From positions 30,690,001 to 30,754,000 of the forward strand of contig NC_088806.1 of NCBI RefSeq assembly GCF_011386835.1: a DNA stretch of 64,000 nucleotides, given 5' to 3'. The stretch is from Chrysemys picta bellii (taxonomy: Eukaryota). Position 1 is the first letter of the stretch. The number at the start of each line of letters is the position of its first letter. The notes under the pieces are model-generated. The model had not been told where the DNA came from. It searched no databases and saw only the letters and a list, made by a program, of their open reading frames with translations. The translations under genes and the position numbers were made by a program. This document shows positions 54,923 to 64,000 of the stretch, in pieces.

Positions 54923-56206
54923 TGTGACGGGTTGTGCCCCTTAGGACGCCACCTGATGTGCTGAGATACCACTGAGTCCACCTGTTCTGCCAGGTGGGCC
55001 CCCTTTAACCTGTCTTGCTGAGTCAGGCTATTAAAGTCTCCTCTACCAAACACAGGCAGGGCCACCCCCAGCTGCAGATCAGCTCTGGGAAGACCGCTGA
55101 AGGGGCTTGCTCCAGCACTCTGGTGCTCACTCCGTTTAAGGGGGGACAAACCCAAAGATTTTATGAAATTCACCCCCTCCCTCAATGTGGAGAAAGGTGT
55201 GCACACTTCTTGCCATGCCTCCCCCCATTAGAAGTTACAGACACTGGGTTTAATAATAAACAAAACCCATTTTATTAACTATAAAAGGCCGATTTTAAGT
55301 GGTAGAAGGGGTAACACAGAGAACAAAGCAGATTACTAAGCACATGAAATCAATTAATTGCCAAAATTAGGCTATCCCATCATACCATTCCCTCCATAAA
55401 CGTATCAAGCTTAGTCTTGAAGCCAGGTATGTCTTTTGAACAGCCTTCCACGGGGAGTAGTGGGGGCAAAAGACATATGAAATCAAACACGCAAACTAAG
55501 CTAGTTTCACTAAAGAAATTGGTTACAAATAGTATTTCTCACCCTAGCTATTGTTGCAGGCAGGTTGCAGAATTTCGGTGGTTCAGAGTTCCAGTTCTAT
55601 TCCTTTTCAGACTGGACCCGTCTCAGTCTGGACTCTCCCCTTGTCTTCCCTTCAGGTGGCTTTTGCAGTCTTTCTCCTTGGGCAGACAGGCCATGGCGAG
55701 GAGGAGTCCTGTTTGCCTTCCTCTCCACCCGTAAATAGGATTGACATGAGGCGGGAATCCTTTGTTTCCAAACTTGACCCCCACCCCCTTCCCTTACAGT
55801 GGAAAGTTCCAAGAAGTCCCAGGTAATGTTTAGGATCAGGTGACAAGACCACCTGACTCTGTAGGATCACAGCGGGTGTATGGAGCGTCCACAGGAAGGC
55901 CAAGCTTCACAGCTCATTGTCCTCGCTGATGGGCCATCCGCCCTGTCTGGCTTTTCCATTGTTCTACCTCAAGGGTTAGCAGTGGGCGTCACCCAAAGTA
56001 GCATAGCCTGAAATACAGATACATAGTCAATATTCTTAACTTCAGATACAGAAATGACACAGGCATACAAATTGGATAATCACATTCAGTAAATCACAAC
56101 CTTTCCAGTGATCTCTCACATGAGCCATCTTGCATGAAGTACATCTCAGTTATGTCAGTCATATCATAAGCATGTTTTCATAAAGAACATGGGGTGACAC
56201 GTCACA
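54923..56206 (-). mobile_element. Long solo LTR / LTR-like element
   Basis: TGTGAC...GTCACA inverted termini; internal sequence resembles abundant turtle LTRs from recall; minus-strand AATAAA near 55271; TSD only partial (gtccc / agccc). Confidence 0.6.
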
Positions 56207-56397
56207 AGCCCCACCAGATTCATTTCATGTTTGACTGTGACCCAGCCACATTTGCCCCGGAGGGGAAGGCAAGCGCATGAGCCCAGCGTGCCCAGTTCCT
56301 AGCAGTTGATTTAAAATTGTCACCACGTCACTCCAGCTCAGAGGAGACGCCAGACGCTCTGGGACCCCTCTAGCCACAGGCTTCTGTATGCATCATG

Positions 56398-56587
56398 TAA
56401 AAGCAGCAGAGAGTCCTGTGGCACCTTATAGACTAACAGACTTATAGGAGCATAAGAAGCCAATACGTCTGACCAAGTGGGTATTCACCCACGAAAGCTC
56501 ATGCTCCAATACGTCTGTTAGTCTAGAAGGTGCCACAGGACTCTTTGCTGCTTTTCCAGATCCAGACTAACGCGGCTACCCCTCTGA
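56398..56587 (+). mobile_element. Penelope-like retroelement terminal remnant with 58-bp inverted arms
   Basis: Arms 56399-56456 and 56498-56555 are near-perfect reverse complements; 13-bp direct repeat tgtatgcatcatg at 56385-56397 and 56588-56600. Confidence 0.8.
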
Positions 56588-56917
56588 TGTATGCATCATG
56601 GAGCCCCGGTGTGGGACTGGCCCAGGGTCCACCCTGCCCTGGGCTCTCCACCGTGGGAGCTCAGCTGTGAGTCTGCTGGAGCTGCGCCGGCCCCGAGGAC
56701 CCAGCTGACCAGGCGATGTCACTCTCGCTCCACTACAACGCTTTGCCGCTGAAATTCTTGCTTCAAAGCTGAGCTAGAGAGCCAGCCGGGCAAAGGCTGT
56801 CCCTGCAGCCCCCACAGAGCAGCCCCCAGGCTGCAGAGGGGGTGGCTTAGACCCCAAATTCTGCATAGCCACGTGCCTTGTCCCATTAACCCCTGAGCAT
56901 CCCGGCAGTGGAACCTG

Positions 56918-56948
<31 letters not shown>

Positions 56949-58655
56949 GGTTGCATGGCTCCCCCATGTCGCGTGAACGAGACTCACAGCCTCATCTCAG
57001 AGCCCACATCAGCAATCCACAGGGCAGCAAAGGGGTTCGCAGCCTGACAACCGGTGCCCACCTGAGTCCTCCCTTCACTGGCCCAGGGACATTGTCTTCG
57101 GTCTGTGTGGGGTTTGTTCAAATCCATCGCTGGGCAGCCCATGGGCCACCCTGGGGCCTTGGCTTGGGGTGCCGCGGAGCAGGGGTGTTTCCAGGCACTT
57201 TGCTCCGGGAGACTCGGGCCCAGCTTCACTCCCCAGGGGGCTGGGCCGGGCGCCTGGTGGGAGAATGACGAGACATGCATCCCACTCCAGACAAGCCCAG
57301 CCAGAATCAGGGCACTAAAAGCCTCGGGCACCTACGGGCTCTGAGGAGAGGTCCTGGGCAGGCAGTGGGAGCTGCTGGGGTTATGTTGCTAACATCCAAG
57401 TGTAGCGTTAAAGCCAGCCCCACCCCTGGGACGGGATAAGACCCACTTCCTCTCTCCTTCCCTCAGAGTGCGGCGGGCGACGTGCCCCCAGCCTAGCTAA
57501 GTCTGTGGTGGAAACCCCGGCTTCTTTGCTGCAGCTGAGGGGACAGAGAGGCGGCTTAGCTCTGCCACCTCACGTTGGGGGGCTGTGACCGGGCTCAGGG
57601 TACGATTTCGCTCTCGTAACTGACACCAGCCATTTGCCCAAATCACATTTTTTCCCAACTTAAAATGCCCTGTTTCTCCTTGCGCTCCGAGCGGGTCAGG
57701 CCTTAGCGCCCGAGCAGGGTTGGGCTGGGTCAGTACCGGAAGGAGCCCCTTCCACTGCTTGGGTGCTGGGGAGGCAGTAGGTGGCCCCCCGTTTCTGTGA
57801 GCCAGCATTGGGCCCTGGTGCCGTGAGAGCCAATGCTGGAGGTGCCGCCCTTTGGATGATGGAACCCCAAACTCCTGACCAATTGTGGTCGTTTACCCCC
57901 GGCACATTCTGTAAGCCTGAGGTGCTGGCCTTGGCCACCCAGCCAAATGCCCCAGGTGACTTCCCTCCATGTCCCGTGGCACCCTGCATGTGCACCTGGT
58001 GATGCGGTCCTTCCCAAGCTGCTGTGGGCGCTGTCAGGCAGCGGGTCACTCCCCGCTCAGAGGGGCTGGCGTTTGCTCCCTCTGTGACACCCGGGGCTGG
58101 CGAGCGCGTGTAGCACTTGGGAAGCCTTGGCAAAGGCCGACCTTCTCAAAAGTGGCCCTGTGGCTTCTGGCACCTCTATTTTTGCATGTGCAACTTGAGA
58201 CCCAGGGCTGTGCCTGGTGTGGGGGTGCTCGGCGGTTCTGAAAACAGGCCCTACGGTGTCTCATAGCAGGCACCCAGCAATGAAGGCCCCCAAAATCAGA
58301 GTCTTGGCCTCCGGAGCTCTCAGCCTGTGGAACAGCCTTGGTGTGTAGGGAAATGACCGAGGTTATTTAGGTGACCCTGCTGGTAGGAGCAGGGAAGGTT
58401 TCTCTATAAAAACCAATAATGTGATTTGCTGAAAAGCCAGCCACGCTCTCTCTCAGCCCACTGCCATCCCCAGGGCTGCTCGTCCCCTGGCCGCCCGGCA
58501 GCAGCCTGCCTCCCGCTCAGGGCCTCTGGGAAGCATTGCTCGCAAGTCTCTAGCCCTGCCGATGATGGGGAATGTGAGCACACGGGAAAACCAGCTATGA
58601 AGTCAGGGACAAAAACCTCTCTGTACATTCACCAGGAGCCCTGGTGAGCTTCTGT

Positions 58656-58925
58656 CTATAAAAGGACTTACTCCATCAGACCCCAGGACCCTGCTTTGTC
58701 CCGGCCCTGAAAATCATTCGCTCCCAGGCATGTGGAGAATGCTTCCCACAGACGCTTTAGTCACTGTCTTTCTGAGTCTTTCCCCAAATATGGTGCCTGG
58801 GCACAGAGTCATTGCTGTGATGAGGGGCCTGGCTTCTCAAACAGAGGGGCGGGGTGGGGCTGCTGGGGTGGGGCCCGGAGGGGGTGCTGGTGACATCATT
58901 GTCCTCCGAACTGGCCTTTTAGCAC
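58656..58925 (+). promoter_or_regulatory. TAGLN: TAGLN (SM22alpha) smooth-muscle promoter
   Basis: Perfect CArG CCAAATATGG at 58784-58793 in the context tctttccCCAAATATGG; degenerate distal CArG CTATAAAAGG at 58656-58665, 128 bp upstream; GC-rich boxes; GGTGACATCA at 58889-58898; ggcctttta TATA-like element. Order and spacing match the recalled mammalian SM22alpha promoter. Confidence 0.8.
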
Positions 58926-58939
58926 AAGGGCCAGCCTCC

Positions 58940-58993
58940 AGCATCTGCAGATTCCAGACTCCCAGGCAGAGCGTCCTCCGTGAGCATCTTCTT
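58940..58993 (+). other. TAGLN: Non-coding exon 1 of TAGLN (TSS approximate; coding exons beyond the window)
   Basis: Ends CTT|GTAAGT at 58994, like recalled mammalian TAGLN exon 1; lies about 150-200 bp downstream of the proximal CArG; synteny with SIDT2. Confidence 0.7.
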
Positions 58994-61900
58994 GTAAGTG
59001 CATCCTCGAACCTCCAGCTGTGAGCCTGGAGTGGGGCAGCCGGAGGGGGGGGGAGCAGGGCGAAGGAGACCGCAGGCAGAGCAGATGCTTGCTTTCCAGG
59101 CTAAACAGAGAGCCAGAAGGGTGGGAGTCTGGGGACAGTAGCCCCGCTCTGAGCTCTCTCCTTGCCAGGGGCTCGAACAGGTGACAAAATGCATGGCAGG
59201 GTTCTCAAGCTCTCGTTTGGAAAGCCTGGCAGAAGGGCCTTTGATTTCTCCGTGGGTTCCTGGGGTTTGCCGATGGGAGGCTGCTCCCTGTGAATTCTTT
59301 CCCCCTCTCCCCCATCTGCTAAAACTGGCAGATTGTTCCAGGGTCTGTTCCCTCTCTGTGCTGAGCAGGGTCCCAGCCCGAGACTGAAAGGTGGCCGAAC
59401 TGTGAGGAGGGAGGGGGGATGCCTGAGGGTACGTGGCCTCTGTGCAGGACCGTCCGATGCCCACCCACCCAGCTGCTCTGCTCGATGCTTTCCAAGAGCC
59501 ATGGAGCAGGCTGTGCAGGAGCGCACCGCTCTCTCTAGGAGCTCAGGCTTGCAAGAGGAAGGAAGAAGGTTTCCCGCCCCCCCCCCCTTCCTGTTTAAAA
59601 GCTAAACTTATTTCTGCATCTCCCACTGCATTCCACAGGCAGGCTGGGGATGGGGCTGCATGTGGGGAAGTTGCCATCCTAGCTGGGCGGGCCGGTCCCA
59701 CGGTGTGCTAGCGGTGTGTCTGTGTTAGCCAGCGGGGAGCGGGGCAGTAGGCAGTTCCTGGGGAGTTTGCAGAAGTAATGAACTCGGACAAAGGAAACAG
59801 GTGACATGGATTTTCTGAAGCTGACTGGAAATGGTGCATGGGGCGGTGGTCAGAGATGCTCAGGGCTTATGGGGCTTGCAGGAGCTCGGCTGCATGCTGT
59901 GTCCTGTTCCCATGGCCTGGGCATAACCAGAGCATCACAGCGTCTTGCCCAGGCGCTGTGGGGTGGGGAGCTCAGCCCTGAGGTACAGACCCCAGCACCA
60001 CATACGGTCTCTGAGGGGCTTTTAAAGAACAGAACATGATGCGCAAATGGCACGGGCCATGTGTAAGAGCGACCTCAGGACACGGGCCGGAGTTAGTGCT
60101 GTGTCTGCTGACCCATGCGTTAGCAAAGGGGACCCTCAGCCCCACATGGCAATGGGGTTAGCCCCTTGCCCCATTGCAGGAGTGCATGTCTGGGGGAGTA
60201 TGATGGCGCCCTCTTGTGGTGAAGCCTGGTCTGTGATGAGACTGGCATCGGCTGGGACTCTCCCTGCTGGGGGCCAACAGGAAACGCCTGCCCCCGGGGC
60301 AAATACCTGGGACCCAACGAGCAGCTGGCGCCTGTAGACCTGCAGCCAGTAAATGCTTTGGAATCCTATCTGCTTAGGTAATTGGAAAGGGCTTAAAGTC
60401 CAGGGCTGGCTGTTCCACACCCACCTGGCAGCATCTCACACGGGCCAGGCCTCTGGTTCTCTGGGGCCTGTTTTACCACGAGGCCAGGATGGATCCTAGT
60501 GGTCTCTCCTGGCCTGAGGTCTGTGAATCTGTCACTCCCAGCATGACGAGATGCTGCTCACCCTGTGGGATGCATGGGGAACCAGGCGGAGGACTAGATG
60601 TTCAGGTAAACTCCTAGATGCAGAAGTGGCTGCCCACCGGAGCAGGGGCGAGTTTCCTAGGCTGGCGCCCAGACAGGATGGGCCGATGATTTGTTAATGC
60701 ACCGGGCTTCTCCTTAGCAGGTGATAATTAGCTTCCTGAAGCATTGAGTGCTGGCCTTGATGGACAGGTTCTCCACTGCTTATCTAGAGGCACGCACCCC
60801 AGGCAGCGAGAGCGAGGGACTGCTGTCCCTTCGCCAGGCAGAGCTAGTGGGATCTCTGCACACTGACAGCTCAGGTGTGGGTATTTCTTAACTCTGAAGG
60901 GTTACCCCGTCTCCTCCTGGCGTGTTAGCAGATTTCTCCATTTCCCCTGGGAGCTGGAGCCCCAGCGATCACAGCGGGGCAGGGAGAGAACTGGAAAAGT
61001 TCCAAGTGCCAGTGCATGCACCCCTCCCTCTTTGCCCCACACAAATTGGGACCAGGCCAATCCAGAGGGGCACCCTCCAGGCCTGGGCAGCTGTGAAATG
61101 CGAATAGACTGCTCTGAGCGGCTGCAGTGTGGAGACGTAGGGGGCTGCGTGGCCGGGGCCTGAGCTGGTTTATTCACTGACCGTGTCAAGCTGCGGGTTG
61201 CTTGTGCCTTTTGCGGCAGGAATTCCCCGGGGAAGACAGAACCTGGCCATAATCGCGTTGCGTGAGAGCAGCAGAGGGAAGAGCAAGAAGCTGTGGGTGG
61301 GTTTTCGCGAGTGCTCAGCGCTGGCCGAACTCAGCTGCATTGCCGCCAACGGGAGTTTGACCCGTGACGTGCACGGGAGCCGAGAGAAGCCTGAGCACTT
61401 CGGAAAGTCCCGCTCTCCTGCTGCTGTACCCCTGACAGTGCCAGAGTCGGCGGGTAACCGGGGCCTGCCTGCGCTCAGCGGGGCCAGGGCAGCGGCGCTG
61501 ACGCCAGGGGGGGTGCGTGGGTGGGCCCATTACTACTAGCCTCTGACTGGCCACTGATGGCAGCATCTCAGAAAAATTCCTCCTTCTCAGCTGTACCAAC
61601 CTCTCCTGCTCCCCAGCCAAACCAGCCTCCAGCGCTGCGTGCTGCAGGGCCCTGTGCTGAGGCAGCCTGCGGCCTGTGACAGGCCCCAGATCCAGCCAAG
61701 TGGCGGCGGAGCAGCGTTCACAGCCGCCAGCTCTCGCCATAGCTGGTGTTTTCCCTGAGGCCCCAGCTCCTTGAGTCCTGGAGCCAGGAGAACCCAAGTC
61801 GCGCAGCATCATGGTTGCAAAGAAGGGCTTGAGCCTGTGACCTGGGAGTATCCGAATGGCTCAGAAACCAGAGAGGCAGGCCCGGCGTTTACCATTTCAA

Positions 61901-63864
61901 CCCTCTCCTGAGGTGTAGGCCAGTCTTGTGATTCTGAGCCCTGTCTCCGGGGTTTGGAGCGTTTGGGGCTGGCCAGGGGGAGCACACACAAGCTGTGGCT
62001 AGGAACCATGCCCTAGCCATGCCCGTCAGGCTGGGACCAGCCAACTCCTAGGGGATCCGTGGCGCTGACACAGTGGGGTAGCTGGGAGGCCACAGGATGC
62101 GGCTTTTGCCTAACACCAGGCTCTAACCAGCACTCTTCCAAAGGAGCCAGCTATTGCCCCTGCGTGTGAGATCAGGGACGCTGTCTGAGCCCATTAGCCT
62201 TCTGGGCCCGTGGAAGCCCCAGTGCTTGGCCTGCTTAGACCTGGGCTGGGCAGTGCACTGTCTGGAGCAATGCTGCCTTGGCGAACGGGAGTGGACGGGG
62301 CAGGACCCACTAGGGCTTCTCATCTCTGTGTGGGAGCCAGGCACTGAGCATCCTCTGGGTGGCCGGTTCACTTCAGCCACCTCCCCGGCCGGCAGAGCTG
62401 TAGCCCTTCCCTCACACGCCCACGGGCTGCTATCTGCCATCCTGTCCTGGGGGATGCCCTTACATGGTAATCGGCACGGATCCCACTGGCGGGTTCGTGT
62501 GGCCCGACGTGAGGCATCTTGGGTTTGCAAAGCTCATGCCAGGAACTGCCCAGCCCCAGGGATCTCAGCAGGAGCTGGGGCTGCTCCCCTCCTGGGAATG
62601 GGGGCCTGGCCTGCAGAACTGCTCTGCCTTCACGGCTTCTGTTTGAGTCTTTCCAATAAAACGCAGTCAGAGCAGGGGGACCCCGCCCTTCCCGATCGCC
62701 TGCTGGGAGCAGGACACGCCTGAGCGCTGCATGTCTCTGGGTAGCTGTGCAGTCACAGAGCGCTGCCCCAGCCCCAGGGCAAAGCCGCCCCCGCTAGCTC
62801 TGGGCTGACTCTGCTAGGCCAGGGGGCTCCTAACTCAGAGTGGTGTCGCCCCGTCTGCGGCCTGGGAGCGAGTGCCTGCTGACCTGCGCAGGAGCAGTGG
62901 CTTGTGTCGCAGCCTGTCTGGGGCACAGGGACAAACATGCAGGGCTGAAGGGCAGCTCTGGAATCCAGCCAATGGCCCTCAGGACGAGGCAGCTGCATTT
63001 TCACCTGACCTCCCAGCCCCCCAGGGCTGGTAGTTAAGGGTTGTTCTTGTGGGGCCTGGGACAGCTCCAGGAAGAGCTGCTCCAGCTGGCACAGTGGTGG
63101 GAGGCACACGGACAGGTGCAATGCCGGGGGCTGCTGCAGAGCCAGGAGGGGAGGATGGAGATCCCAGCGGCTAGCGAAGCAGCCACAGCATGAGGAGACG
63201 CCTGGGTGAGAAGGGCGGGGGCCCACGGGGACGTCCTGCTGGGGTTTGGGGGCAGGCTGTGGGGTATAGGACCAGGTGCACGTTGGCAGTGAAGACCCCG
63301 GGCTGCACCAAGCAAAGTGTGCCTGGCTAGTGTTACCTGCTTGTCCCCGACCGATCGGGGGTGGTGTGGAGGCAGAGGCATGGGGAATTCATCCCCAAGC
63401 AGTGAACTGTAACTGGGTTCAAACAAGGGTGCCAACCCCCCCACCGCCTCCCCCAGGCGGAGCTCGGCATTCGTGTGCAGTGTGAGTTCTCCCAGCCTGT
63501 GTCCCTGGGAGTCAGTGTTTGGTTTACAAACAGAGGCAAGGTGATTAAGATAAGAAAAGGCTGGTAATTTAGTTAAGGAGCTGGAAGTCCGTTAGATGAA
63601 CCTGTAAAACAGAAATCCCTCTGGGAGTGGGGTGCTGAAGAGTGAACACGGAACGCAGAAGAAATACAGCCAAGCCCTCGGAGCTAAGGTTGTATTCAGG
63701 AAAGAGGAAGGTGTGAGGGGCATAAGTGAAAAGAAAGGGCCAAAACCCAGGGAAGGGCTAGCAGTGACATAGACAAGTTCCCACTCTACCTGTGGTACTT
63801 ACGTGGCCCCATCACTGTAGTATCTGAGCGCCGCACCTCAGAGCCCCTCGGTGTGGTCAAGCAA

Positions 63865-63910
63865 TGCTGTTATCCCCATTGTACAGATGGGGCACTGAGG
63901 CACAAACAGC
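63865..63910 (-). mobile_element. MIR/CORE-SINE relic
   Basis: gttatccccattgtacagatggggcactgaggcaca matches the reverse of the CORE sequence. Confidence 0.5.
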
Positions 63911-64000
63911 CTAAAGGCCAGGTTTTCAATGGTATTTAGGTACCTCACAGGATTTTCAAAAGAGCCTAGAAGGTTCAGTGCTTTGTAAACCCCACTACAT

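Noticed and set aside
62458-62467. CArG-like CCTTACATGG in TAGLN intron 1
   Set aside because: It has a C in the A/T core and no supporting conserved context; a single degenerate 10-mer is expected by chance.
58994-64000. TAGLN coding exons (expected MANKGPSYG...)
   Set aside because: Not found in any frame; the remainder of the window appears to be intron 1.

Overview
Vertebrate genomic DNA, almost certainly a turtle: it carries a tortoise-type tRNA-derived SINE with a CR1 tail, CR1 LINE fragments, Penelope-like ends and hAT/Harbinger MITEs. The gene order is syntenic with human 11q23.3. It contains the complete PAFAH1B2 (+, CpG-island promoter, 5 coding exons, 229 aa) and the complete SIDT2 (+, 26 constitutive exons giving 837 aa, plus a 12-nt microexon and a 63-nt cassette exon in the cytosolic loop). 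An intact four-exon ABHD10-like alpha/beta hydrolase lies on the minus strand, convergent with SIDT2. The CArG-box promoter and non-coding first exon of TAGLN (SM22alpha) follow; its coding exons lie beyond the window. The best lead is the ABHD10-like gene. It keeps ABHD10's coding intron positions and the Ser-Asp-His triad, and it probably starts at a strong-Kozak ATG that omits the mitochondrial presequence. It sits between SIDT2 and TAGLN, where I know of no such mammalian gene, which suggests a retained whole-genome-duplication ohnolog. Most long ORFs in the supplied track are artefacts of GC-rich or A-poor tandem repeats. All homology calls are from recall of the human or mouse proteins; no database searches were run.
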